Positions 26,272 through 39,287 of a stretch of 64,000 nucleotides of DNA are shown here, one piece after another; the stretch's first letter is position 1; each line of letters opens with the position of its first letter. Below the pieces are notes generated by a model. The model did not search any database, had not been told where the DNA came from, and worked only from the letters and a program-made list of their open reading frames with translations. This DNA comes from Callorhinchus milii (taxonomy: Eukaryota). Where the stretch lies: NCBI RefSeq assembly GCF_018977255.1, contig NW_024704742.1, positions 115,632,001 to 115,696,000 on the forward strand, written 5' to 3'. Both the position numbers and the translations under genes were made by a program.

Positions 26272-28244
26272 ATCTAAACCATGTTTGGTCTGATCGTCTG
26301 TACTTCTGTGAATGGTCTCTGTGAGATAGAAAAGACGAAAGCCTGAAATCTGACTATAATTACAATTCTGGGCCGGTCAAATAAAAAAAGTAGAGATGAA
26401 ATGGTTAGGAAAGGGTGTGAGGCATATGCATATGACATAACCATTGCTCACTGAGAATATCATCAGGTCAAATTTGAATGAAGTACATATCGTCAAGAAT
26501 GAGTGAACATCTGGTGAGATAAGCAAATGATGGAATATCTGAGTGGCTTTGACAAAACAAATAATGCTCTGTTTATGAAATTTCTTTTTGCCTTCTTTAC
26601 TGAATATCGTATCCATAACACAAGAGGCAGTTATTCCAGAGAGAGTAAAATGTCAAATATTGATCTCTGGAAACTGCAAATATTTATATTTAAACTTGTG
26701 CAATAAGCATGAAATACCACAATAAAGCAAAATATTATGGATTATCAATATATTATTTTTGTTTTTGTTGCAGATTCCGGGGCATGTCTTAGTTCTGTCA
26801 AAAAATACATCATAGTGTTCTGTATGATTAAAGGGGGTGATGTGTAATGGCATTACATACTGTGACTGTACAAGCTAGGCCAAAACACCTTTTTGTTTCA
26901 GGGATCAACATTTCTGTGTACCAGCCCGATCTAGCCATGCTGAAAGGAATGGTTGCTATGGATTAACTGGTTGAACAAAGCCTTTGAGTAGGCCATTGAT
27001 CCATCAAAGCTACCCATCCAATTCATCAAAAGATTCCTTCAGCACATCTATCTTGTTGTCCAATAATCCTGGATCATTTTCCTTCCCATACCTCATTGAT
27101 ACAGAATACTTTAGTTTGGGGCTATCTTGGATTAGCCATTCTAATGCCCAGATTCTGTTCATATTCTGGCCAACAATCCCTAAAATAAAATTTGTTATTC
27201 ACTTCATGGTTGTTTGCAGGACATTGTTGTGCACAATTTGGCTGCAGCATTCACCCTGAAAATACAGTCACTACATTTTCTTTCTTGCACTGCGTTTCAT
27301 GCCGTGTTATGCTCACAAAACACACTTTCACTCCATAAAACACACAGTCACTGAATTTTACAATATATCCCGTGAAGCACTTTGGGCCATCCTCCCAATC
27401 TGAAAGGTGCTATACCAAATCTAAGGATTTTCATTATTATATTTTGTTGGGTAAGCCATGATAAATGACCTTGTTATTGCTCCATGAAAACTAACGTCCA
27501 TTTCTGAAACTTTTACCATAGATGTACGTTTGATTCCAGGTTTGTTTCCTATAATGTTTGTTCCCAAAAGTTAATTAATTGTTAAAGCCTATAAATGATT
27601 AAAATATCATTTTAATTTACAACCAACAATTAATTTTTGCACATGAATGTGGATGATACAGAACACATGATTCAGTTCTGATTACCCCCACTATTTACTT
27701 AGTAACTGCCAAAATTGCTTTGCCAACTTCGCCACAGGACTTTTTCTGTTTCTTATTTATTTAAGATTACTGCTGATATTCCAATCAATTCAGCAGCTTC
27801 TGATCCAGACGTTTATTACTGTGTATTTAATCTTTTCATGTCAGGAAATTGTTACAGAATTAGCCATCATCCACTCTGACTCAGCCATTTACTGTTCCTG
27901 TCACTTTGGTATATTGATTATTTTCTCTTTGATATTGGTGTCACATAACAGTGTAAAATGTTTAATAAAATGTGAGATGGGCTCAAGTTTATTTGCTGCA
28001 TAGTTGAAACAATACCTTTAGTCTGACAAGCCTTCAAAATCATGGACTTCGTCCCAAACATCATATTTGGTCTGCAAGCAAATAATGGTTTTCCTCCCTT
28101 AAAAGATGATATGCTTTTAAATCTTTGTGGCAAACAATCTGATGCCATAGATTACAATCTGATACCATAGGTAAGAATAAACCCTGACATAAAAGTTAAT
28201 TGTATCTTTCATCTCTTCAATGAATGTTAAAATAACTAATTATC

Positions 28245-28395
28245 AGTTTGACATCTCACCTGAAGGTCAGCACCTCCACAATTTAGTACTCCCCCAGCAC
28301 TATACTGGAGTGTTAAAGGCACAATGTGGGTTTGAACCCACATTCTTCTGACTTAGAGGCAAAAATGCTACTAACTGAGCTAAGCTGACACACAC
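28245..28395 (-). mobile_element. DeuSINE 5' fragment
   Basis: Matches 3060-3212 and the head of 21140-21560. Confidence 0.7.
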
Positions 28396-28547
28396 CAAGT
28401 TATTATCTTGGATAAAGGAAATAAAATGCTTGAAGAATTATTTGGTAGCTCCACAAGAACAGTGCAGAACATTTTAGCCACTGTAAAAGTATGTCTATTT
28501 ACTGCATTATTGAATGTGAAATGCACTGGATGTAAGATATCCCTGTC

Positions 28548-29065
28548 TCAACAACAACAACAAGATTACATTTGGATAGTGCCATTCACGTATGGAGAGG
28601 GGTCAGAGGGGGAAGGGAGGGGAGGGGAAGAGGGTTGACCGATGCATGGTCGAAGAGGAGGGTTTTGAGGTGGGACTTGAAGGAGGCTAGAGAGGGGGCG
28701 AGGCGGAGTGATTGGGGGGTGGAGTTCCAGAGGTTGGGGGCAGAGTGGCTGAAGGCTCTCCCGCCAATGGTGGGGCGGGTGGGTCGGGGGACGTGGAGCA
28801 AGCAGGCCAGATCTGGCTGAGCGGAGGGAGCGGGCGGGTTGGTAGGGGTTTAGGAGGTTCCAGAGGTAGGGTGGGGTGAGACCCTTGAGGGCTTTGTAGG
28901 TGAGGACCAGGATCTTGAACTGGATCCTCTGAAGGATAGGGAGCCAATGGAGTCAGGCAAGAATGGGGAGATGGGGTCACAGAGTTTGATGCACGAGAGG
29001 ACACGGGCTGCAGAGTTCTGGATTATCTGCAGCCTGTGGAGGGAGGAGTTGGGAAGGCCGACAAA
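28548..29065 (-). mobile_element. L2 3' fragment
   Basis: GGRAFSHSAPNLWNS...FKSHLKTLLF; (TTG)n tail. Confidence 0.92.
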
Positions 29066-30483
29066 CTTTTATGTGTTATATGCAAAACTATTCAGATATT
29101 CAAAAAATTGATTAATTTATAACACAAGCATAGCTTTCAATACCAGTTATGAATGTTAAATAGAGCACATATGTATTCAACCATGAGATAAATGGTTTCC
29201 TACATATGTAACTGTGTAAGAAAAAGAATAGTCATTTGAACAGTCACTCCTGAAAGATGTCACTATTTTTGACATTCATCTATGTTTGATCATTTTTGCA
29301 TTCATCTTTTGTTTTAAAATATGCAGGATTTTATAGCAACTTTCGAATAAATTCTATTAATTCTGTTAATAAATTAATCTAATGAGGATTGAAGATTTGC
29401 AATTGATTTAGCAGTTTGCTTTAATTCTGTTTTATTAGCAGAAATAAATGCAACATACAATAAATATAATGCCCATGACATGTAACAGAGATTTGGGAAG
29501 TAGATTATTTATGTGTTGTTTATTATTTGCGGTTTATCTTTAGCAGAACCAGGATAGATTTTTTTGTTAAAGAATCATTTGTTTCCCAAGTAAGCGTTTC
29601 AATGGAGAGGCTTAAATTGCCTTTCAATGTTCTAAGAATTCAAATAATATTTTTATACCAAGGTAGAAAGAAATGATTTGGGATAGATATGTTATGTCAA
29701 TGCTGCAAAACTAGACATTTCTTAAGGTTATTTACGTTTAGTATTAATTAATTTTAATATTTTGTATTAAGTGATAGATATTAATATCGATTGATTTTAT
29801 TACCAGATAGTAAATAAATTAAAGCAACGTTAGTCTTTTAAAAACTGCAAATATCATCGAGTTGGTGCATTGGTGAATCGATTATCCTTCAGTGTTACAT
29901 TCTCCATTTTGTTTCTTCCTGCAGTTGTGGCTATATTGATGGTGGTTTAAGTGATCTGCATTTCTCTGGCAACTTTCCCAGACAGTGATCTCCCAACCTG
30001 AGCAGCCTCATATGCAACCATCCTAATGTTTAGCTGTCTGTCATGTGTCTGCTTCCTGCAGGAAAATATTGTGAAGCCATAATGTATAATCATCTTCTGC
30101 TAATGACCTAATCTTACTTGTGATATATACATTGTTTGTGGCTCCTCAGTAAACAGAGAAACTGGATAAAATTGTAAAACCTCATTCAGTTTGAAAAGCT
30201 TTTTCCTGGCTCGCTCCCCGGAATGTATTTTAGGAAAGCTCTACTATGTTTGGGTGATTTGCACTAAAGATTTGAAAGCATCTGGTCATGGGAACACTTG
30301 AGAAATAATGAAGCTGTTCTCTGTCTCTCCTCTCCCTGCAGTTGGTAGCTCATATATACTTTAGTTGCATGGGTGCTAGTGCAGTAATTGAAACAGGTGG
30401 TCATTTTTTATATGGAAGTTCAGATAGGGAATGTTTGTAGACTATTCTAAAGTTGAGAGCTTCACAGCTGAGCATGATTCTCA

Positions 30484-31120
30484 GGAGTCCTGTAACTCAA
30501 TGGTTAGAGCATTCGCAAGTGAGAGACCTGATTCTTGACAGGGCAAAACCTTGGGCAAGTTTCCTTACTCCACATGCGTGATAATAATAATCCTTGCATT
30601 TGATATAGCGCTTTTCACGTCGGGAGGACGTCCCAAAGTGCTTCACAGAACACGCTGTAAAGTGAATTGACTGTATATTTGTGGGCGAACGCGGCAGCCA
30701 ATTGCGCACAGCAATGTCCCACAAACAGTCGTAGATTGAATATGACCAATTTATTATTGTTTTGGGTTTTGGAGGGATTATTATTAGGCGTGTGGAGTAA
30801 GGAAACTTGCCCAAGGTTTCGCCCTGTGCCTGGAATTGAACTCAGGTCTCTCACTTGCAAAGTGAGTGCTCTAACCACTGAGCTACAGGACTCCACGATA
30901 ATAATGATAATAATCCCTCAAGAAAAAAAACAATAATAAAATTGGTCACTTCAATCCAGTACTGTTTGTGGGACACAGCTGTGCGCAATTGCCTGCCGCA
31001 TTTAGCCAACAAATATACAGACTAACAACCTGGTTCCTACTTTACAGTATTATTCTCTGAAGTGCTTTGAGATGTCTAGAAAACGTGAAAAGCGCTCTAT
31101 CAAATGCAAGGATTATTATT
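30484..31120. mobile_element. Nested SINEs: young minus-strand copy (30580-30896) inside an older plus-strand copy
   Basis: Host head at 30484-30580; host body and tail resume at 30898. Confidence 0.92.
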
Positions 31121-31446
31121 CTGCCTTCACCTGAGGGATAAAATTGGTAAAAATACTGACCTTGACAATCTGAAATTATAATGAGAAAATACAGTTAGAA
31201 GTGCATATTAATGAATTAGCATTAATTGGATGTACCCTCACTTTCACCCCTATCCCCAAGTCTACGCACATGTACTTTTTCCAGCAGATTGTCACTGAAT
31301 AGTAATCATGAACAAGAATTATTAGTGATTTTTTTCCTCACCTCAGGCCAAATCAGCAAACTCAGCACAGATCAAGCATCCAATTTGAGGCCTTCCTGTT
31401 CTGCATAATGTATAGTAGTACTAAAGCATATAGTGCTTTTATATAA

Positions 31447-31810
31447 TAATTATAATAATAATCCTTGCATTTGATATAGCATCTCATTACATCAATGAGC
31501 CATTTGAAAACACTTCACAGAATATATTATGGATTTGACTGTGTATTTTGTGGGCGAAACGGGGCAGCAATTGCGCACAGCAGTGTCCTAGAAACAGTCA
31601 TGAATTGAGTGAACAATTTTTATTAGCGATTATTACCCCCGGAAACTGATCCACCAATTGACTAACAACCTGGTTCCTACTTACTGCTAGATAAACAGAG
31701 GCATGTGGAGTAAAGAATCTTGCCTAAGGTTTCGCCCCACCCAGGAATCAAACCTGGGGTTTCTCACTTGCAAGGCGAGAGTGCTAGCAACTATGCTACG
31801 GGATTCCACA
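31447..31810 (-). mobile_element. tRNA SINE, long-insert variant
   Basis: Shares the internal segment with 553-905. Confidence 0.85.
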
Positions 31811-32499
31811 TTTTATCCAATCCTGCACTTCAGTAGAGAGACTACACCTTTGAAGAATAACAACAACTAGCGTTTATGAGGGGCTGTGTTTCGGAGCACT
31901 GCACACCTATCTGTGTTTATCTGTTCTCTAGTTTGTCAAAGGCCTTTGTGTAAATATTTTACCTGTCTACTAAAGTGCTAAACTTTCATAGTCTCCTCTT
32001 TCTTCAACTGGAAATGTCAATTTCCAAAAATGATTGAAGACACAGGATTGATCTGCAGATAATCCCTTCCTTTATATGCTCACATATCCAGATTTGCTTT
32101 AAATGGATTGCTCTACTTATTTGCAAGTTGTATTAGCAAACTCTTGTGTCCTGATTTTAAATAGATTCATGTTTCCATTGTACATGTTGGCAACCACATT
32201 CAATATCAAATATTTATCTTAGAAGTAGATTTCCTATGGCAAACCAACAGTGAAGGCATCTCAGGTATGGGTCGCTGGCTAAACAGACCCTGAGCTTTAT
32301 GGAAACAGGACACTTGTTAACACAAATCCAACAGCTCCTACATTTTTCAGTTTAATTACAGCATTCACATTCCATTGTATTCATTCATATCAGTTTGTGC
32401 ACAGGCTCAGAAGACAATTCTTATTATTTTAACAGAGGAATGATATTTGTCATGGCACATCCAAACCAAAAGAGGTGCAATTGACCTGAAGATATAGTA

Positions 32500-33260
32500 G
32501 AGGTATAGCCAGTCAAAGATCTGCTTTCTAGCTGCACTATTGAGTCCATTGGTGACTGCTCAGCACTTTCATTAGTTCTCAATTCAGCTGCAACATAGCA
32601 TACCATGTCATACTGTGAGCTGGTGGATCCAATTTCATAGATGAGCATATCATGGTGGGAGGAGTTAAAGGTTCATCTCTGATAGATGCCAATGCCAGAC
32701 TTACTCAACACCAACTGCTTTTTCCAGGTCCTCATGCAAGGGGCTTTAGTAAGTAAACATGTCCGTTGTGAAGCCAGCTCTGACTCCAGTGTGCTTAGTG
32801 ATAGGTCAGTCAAGACTGGAGCCCTCCCTTCCTACAGTTGCTTCCTGTGTTTGCCGCAAATCCACCTCACTGCTTGATCCTGGTCTTGGCAAACGAGCCA
32901 GAGGAAGTCCCTCCGCTGCATCCCCAAGAACTCAAATCCATAAAGGAGAACTGTTTGCACACAGGTCTTATATGGCACAGGTTTGACTTACTGTCAAAAG
33001 GACAGCTTTTGACTTTGCTGTCCTTGAAGAGGGATGAGCATGACCAGAGTGCCCTTCACCCCTTCTCTGCTTGATCCTTCAGGACAGTATCCAAGCAAAG
33101 TTAATGTCCCCACACGACTCAGGTACCAATATGAATCAACAATTGGGACTGATGCTCTTTGTATCTTCCAATCAATACTCTGAATGTTCTCTTGAACCAT
33201 AAAGAAACAAGATTCTGCACTTTGAAGCACTCACTACTTTGTCCTACCAAGTGCTGCTGG
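32500..33260 (-). mobile_element. Degenerate RTE-type LINE RT C-terminal region
   Basis: Minus-strand translation gives IVDSYWYL and then YKTCVQTVLLYGFEFLG (32922-32972), the LY..V...LLYG.E.W motif of RTE-like elements. Boundaries approximate. Confidence 0.65.
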
Positions 33261-33519
33261 TGGACTCACCTGGGGACCTTTTGCACTGCACTAGCTGTCT
33301 TGAACGCTGGATGCATTTAAAAAGTAGCTTGATGCTGTGACAGAAAGGCAGGAGGTTGGGTATTTTGGAGGAATTAGATCAGATGGGCCGTAGAGCCTCT
33401 TCATCCCAACCAATCTTGTGATCTAGTGAACATGCAATGTGATAAATATCTGCTAAATTGACCCCATTGCATCTTGTCAAGAATCCAGCTCATGCTGGAT
33501 ATGGTTTCATTGTATCACA

Positions 33520-33745
33520 CTCATTGATCATTCTTCCTCCCTTTCCTCCTTCAAGGCCGGTCTCACGAGCTTTCTCTTCAATTGTGCCTTCAGCTAGACT
33601 CTCTACCCCCTCCTCGCTCCCTCCCTTCCCTCCACTCACCCTGACCATTTCACCCCTGCTTGGGTCCCGATCCAACTGTCCAGCGCCTTGGGACATCCTC
33701 CCGACGTGAAAGGCGCTCTATAAATTAAATCTTGTTGTTGTTCAT
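33520..33745 (+). mobile_element. L2 3' tail fragment
   Basis: Hairpin AGCGCCTT...AAGGCGCT and (TTG)n. Confidence 0.85.
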
Positions 33746-35789
33746 TCATGAGTCCAAATAGTGAGTGGCATGGATTGTCCCACATCATCATGGCCGAACC
33801 TGTTCCTGTTCTTGCCCAAATTTGACACACACACTTGCACTTCTTGGCAAGGAATTCATGAACAGCAAAAACTTGAATTTATATAGTGCTCTTCATGTGG
33901 GATAGTGTCTCTGAGCCCTTAAAGATTGAGCATCCAATTGCATCTAACTCAGAAACTCAGAGGCTGATTGTAGCACTACTATGATCCAGGCTAAAACCAG
34001 TTGATAACAAACCCATATATAAAAGTATTTGTCCCTACTATTAAAATGCCTCGTCCCATGAATAATTTCCGAGGAAAAACAAGGCACCTGTTTCTAGATT
34101 TCTGAAATGCCATTCTAATGCCAATCCAATGCTGGCTGTACAGAAGAATGGAAGAGCAATCTGTAATGACTCAACACTAATTATTTTAGATGAATGTGCA
34201 CTTAAACCCTTCCCTGGTCCAAGGTCAGCTTCTCAACTATGTGGTGTTATGATCATACACTGCATCATTGCAACATGAAATGAATAGAATTACTCTTCTT
34301 GTTCATCCTCACGAGGAAAGCCATCATGAAAAAAAGTAGAAGAATTTCTACAATTTACCTTCTCTCGTTTTTAATGTGAAACCTATTATTCTTGCGCCTA
34401 GGCTAGATTATATATGTATTCTCATAATCTTAATCCTTGCAAACAAATTGGATAGATAAGGCCATGTATGTATTTGTTTGAAAAAAAGACTTTGATCCGA
34501 ATAACACTGAATGATTCTCCACTTGCATTTTAGTCAGGGTGGCTGTAGAATTTGTTTCTATAATATTTATCTCGCCAATAAATAAGAGTATATGCTTTCT
34601 GGCTTTGTTCATGGAATTTATGTTAATATTAATGAAATAATGTTTCTGAGATAGAAGGGTATGAGAAAGAGGGTGTGATTCAAAAAGCCATTGAAATAAC
34701 ACAGTTCATTGTTGGAATAATAAATTCTCAGCATTAGAAAGTGACGCATTCACACACACTGCATCAGACAGAGAATGTCAGCATGCGTCAGTATTAACAG
34801 CGTACATAAAGAGGCAAAAGCATTGAATAGAAAGACAGTACCCAGTAAATATGCTAATTGATTAAGAATTCAAATCTTTTGTGAATAAATCACTAAGCAG
34901 ATGTGTTGGAATTAATATATTAAATAAAGTTGATTGTTTTGCATTAAATTTGGAGTAATTAACTGTTACCACCTTTTGCAGTCAAGAACTGTAAATCTCA
35001 GTTACACATGACATAACATTATATTAGGCCTAGCAAAAGGTAGCCACTGACATTTATATGGCTTAGACTTAGCTAATTCTATGAATTCTTAATTAGCTGA
35101 TTTATCATTGCACATGGTATAAGGCAACATTATATTCCTGCAGTGAGTGTTTTTGAAACAGTAGCTAATTAAATCATATTCATCCTTATTGGTCAACAGG
35201 AAATCTTCTAACACTCAGGATTAGTGATGATTCAAATTAATATGATATAATTCCCCTTTCAAATAAACAATGGTAAAAGCAGCAAAATATACCAATTCAC
35301 CAGACATGTAGTAATTATTTGTAACAAAATGTGAAGCAACATGTTCGGTGACAGTGACAGAGCGCATATGGAATTATAATAATAATAATCCTTGCATTTG
35401 ATATAACGCTTCATCACGTCTTCGAGACATCTCACAGCGCTTCACAGAATATACTGTAAAGTGAATTGGCTGTATATTTTTGTGGGCAAAATGCGGCAGT
35501 CAATTGCGCACAGCAGTGTCTCACAAACAGTCGTGGAATGAAGTGACCAATTTATTATTATTATTCCTTATGAAGACTGTTGAGTTTCCACTATCTTAGA
35601 AATTCTCCAGAAAACTTTCAAGCTGCTCTTGGGATGATTCTAAACAAGGTGATTCTAAACAAAATAAAGTCCATCTCCAGGTCCAAATTCAGGATTCTGG
35701 GGATGTGTTTGTTTTACAATTCCCGTTGGTTATATTCCCAAATGTGAAAAAACTACTAATACTCTAATGCTTGACAAATCATTGCTTAT

Positions 35790-36135
35790 AGTTCATTCCT
35801 CTAATGCTGTGGATCATCTTCCAGAACTTGAGGGCATATCCAGAACTAGAGAGCATAGTTTTATAATCATAACTGAGAGGTCAAGAACGGAGAGTGGTGG
35901 CAGTGTGGAATTCTCGTCCAAGGTCAGTTGTTGGGTGGTAACCATGTGCACATTCCAAAAAAATGACTTGATATATGAATGAGGGAGAATGAAGTTGAGG
36001 GATGTGAGGAAAGGGACTGAATATGGGTCCAGGGATAGAATCTGGGATGGGCATTTATGTGGAGCATAAGCATTGATCAGACTGGATGGGCTGAATGGCC
36101 TGTTTCTGAGCTGTATTTTCTATGAATCCATGAAT
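35790..36135 (+). mobile_element. Old CR1 3' end
   Basis: AGAACTAGAGAGCATAG...GGGCTGAATGGCCTGTTTCTG...TTCTATGAATCCATGA; similar ends at 38700-38980 (-), 47690-47880 (+), 63080-63225 (+). Confidence 0.65.
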
Positions 36136-36529
36136 CCTCATTGCTCTGCTGGTATGGCTGATATATAAATTTGCATTTATATAGTGCCCTTCATGCAGAA
36201 TAGCATCTCGGAGTGCTTAATAACAATACTTGCATTTGATATAGCATCTATCAGGTTGTCGAGATGTGTCAAAGTATTTCACAGGAGTTACTGTGAAGTG
36301 TAGTGACTGTGCATTTGCAGGCAAATATGGCAGCCAATATGCGGACACCAATGTCCCACAAACAGCCATGAAGTGAATATCCAACTTTTATTTAAAGGAT
36401 TGCTAGTCATTGGGAGAAACCCTTTTGTTTTTGAATATTCCATTGAGATCTTTAACGTCCACCTGAACAGGCAGACAAAGTAGCATTGCATTAGAGTGTC
36501 AGCCTAGGTATTTCCATGTTTGCTACCAA

Positions 36530-37110
36530 TGCATGGAAACTTCTCAGAAACGAATGCCCAGAGGGACACACCCTGCTTACCTAGTTCTGGGGAATATTAA
36601 GTGCAGTTGGGAACTGCCAAGGCTTGGGGACCCCAGAGTGCTGGTGTTTAACCATCAAAAGCCACATTGCCATTGTCTGGCAAACTTCTGGTTGCTTGTT
36701 CAATGAGGACCATCCTATATGTTGGAACTTGAGAATACAAACTGTTGCTGAGTGGGAAGAATCCCTGTTCCCAGTGACTGGTCTGCTCCTCCAAATTGTG
36801 CAGATGAACCAGAGTGGCCAGTCTGTCATCTGCAGTGCTCTGGAGTCTGCAGAGCCACCTCGCTCAGGAACCACCAAACTACCAGTGAGGTTTGTCTGAA
36901 TTTTGACATTCTGTTTCCAAGCAGGTAACCTTGGAGGCAGCTCGGATCAAAGGAGACCCTACGTACTCCCCCCCCTCACCCCCGCGCTGATAGTCCCCAG
37001 TTGATCATTTGAAACAGGACAAGTGCAGATTTCAGCCCTCACGAGGTAATTAGTAGGTACCTACAACTGTCTGTGAACTTCCTGGTGAGCAGCACATCTC
37101 AGCATGAAAT
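36530..37110 (-). repeat. Unclassified ancient repeat (long copy)
   Basis: Reverse complement has GAGCAGACCAGTCACTGGG, TCCCACTCAGC, CTAGGTAAGCAGGGT; 5' extension similar to 63470-63550. Confidence 0.7.
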
Positions 37111-38301
37111 GCACGAGAGTAATGCCATCCTTTTAAGAACAAAGATATATTGGTTGGTGATTTACCACAAATGTGTCATCATAAAATTTGGTCTTGGAAA
37201 CAGGCTATTTTCTGAGATGACAAACCAATGTTTGTCCTTTCACATGAAATACATCTTATTTTGAAGAGAAATAGTCCTCAACTCAATTTTCACATAATCC
37301 TTAATGAGTCATTGAGACCAGTAAATGTAGAGGTCTCTCCTCATATAACACTCCAGTTTACTTGATGATTCAAGTGCTTATACTGTAATTCCCTTTTAAA
37401 ATAAGCATAAGCAAAAATACAGCAAAGATTTAATTTTCTGTCAAAATTCCATGATTATGCACCAGGCATCAAGTCATCAACTGTGTCTGGTGTAATAATG
37501 TGAAGCAACATGTTGAGTGACAGAGCACAGGTGGAGTTCTGAAGACTGTTGATGGTTTCCAGTAACTTACAAATTCTGTGGAAAAGTTTCATACTGTTCT
37601 TGGAAATCATAACAAGCTGTGCTTTTAGGAACAAAGACAATCTGAATGTAATAAAATCTGTTTCGATGTCCATGTTAAGGGTTCTGAGGACACAAGACAT
37701 TTGTTATAATATTCATCTTTGAAAACAGTTGTTGCAAAAACAAATTGCATGGAGTTAACAGGTACTTGAAAAAGTATAAAACTCATATCTGGTCACTTGG
37801 AATGAAGTTGAAGAGCTTGTGTTAATTTGCCACAGCCATCACTGGCATGTTTCTAGGACTTTGAACTAGGTTCATGTTTCATCAGTGCTATGAATCATAG
37901 ATGGAATCATGGCTATGGCTATGGCTTTCATCCAACATAGGAATGGAGACCCAGCTCTTGGAATGTATCACATGGAGCACTTCAGCAGCCATGAACCACA
38001 TTGGGAAATAACCGTATATCTCAGCAAAGCAACAACTGTTCATTCCTGGGGTTGTTCAGTCCAGAATTACCCCTCGTGTTATAGCGTTACATTAGTCATA
38101 TTTTGAGGTCTCCAGCACCTTCAGACTGGTAATGAAATTCCTGCAACACAAGTAAAAAAAATTATTTTGCGAATCAAATACAGCAGACTGATGTTTTGTT
38201 CATTCATATGATTTTTAAAAAAAGGGATACAGCATGCATGGTGAATAAGTGGATAATACAATTCCAATTCCAAATGTCTGTCATTTAATGATGTCTGCAT
38301 T

Positions 38302-38648
38302 TAATAATAATAATAATAATAATCCTTGCATTTGATATAGCGCTTTTCACGTCAGGAGGACGTCCCAAAGCGCTTCACAGAACAAGTGAATTGACTGTAT
38401 ATTTGTGGGCGAACGCGGCAGCCAATTGCGCACAGCAATGTCCCACAAACAGTCGTAGATTGAAAATGATCAATTTATTATTGTTTTTGGTTTTGGAGGG
38501 ATTATTAATGTGTGTGGAGTAAGTTTTGGAGGGATTATTAATGCGTGTGGAGTAAGGAAACTTGCCCAAGGTTTCGCCCTGCCTGGAATTGAACTCAGGT
38601 CTCTCACTTGCAAAGCGAGTGCTCTAACCACTGAGCTACAGGACTCCA
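38302..38648 (-). mobile_element. Young tRNA-Ala SINE with internal tandem duplication
   Basis: GTTTTGGAGGGATTATTAATG.GTGTGGAGTAAG is present twice. Confidence 0.93.
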
Positions 38649-38979
38649 GGACTACAGGACTAAAAGAAATGTATTCCTTTAGAAGGTTTGGCAGGGTTTA
38701 GAACCATAGAACCATAGAAATTTACAGGACAGAAGAAGGTCATTTGGCCTTCATGTCTGTGCCAGCTCCCTCAAGAGCAATCCTGTCAGTCCCATTTATT
38801 TGCCTTTTCCCAATCACCTATAGTAGACTTTTTTTCAAGCTGTTTGTCTAGTTCTCTCTTGAAAACTAATACAGATTCTACTTCCACCACCACTCCTGGC
38901 AGGGCACTACATATCCTAACTACTCTGTGCTTGAAAACATTTCTCCTAACCTCCCTATTATCTCGTTTACTAATTATCT

Positions 38980-39287
38980 TAGCTCAGTGGTTAGAGCACT
39001 CGCTTAGCAAGCGAGAGACCTGAGTTCAATTCCAGGCAGGGCGAAACCTTGGGCAAGTTTCCTTACTCCACACGCCTAATAATAATCCCTCCAAAACCAA
39101 AAACAATAATAAATTGGTCATTTTCAATCTACAACTGTTTGTGGGACATTGCTGTGCGCAATTGGCTGTCACGTTCGCCCACAAATATACAGTCAATTCA
39201 CTTTGCAGTGTGTTCTGTGAAGCCCTTTGGGACGTCCTCCTGACGTGAAAAGCGCTACATCAAATGCAAGGATTATTATTATTATTA
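38980..39287 (+). mobile_element. Young tRNA-Ala SINE
   Basis: Missing the first ~10 bp, otherwise complete. Confidence 0.93.

Noticed and set aside
37571..38140. Minus-strand exon bounded by a good acceptor and a GTAAGT donor
   Set aside because: Stops within 16 codons in every frame; a lncRNA or terminal exon cannot be shown without expression data.
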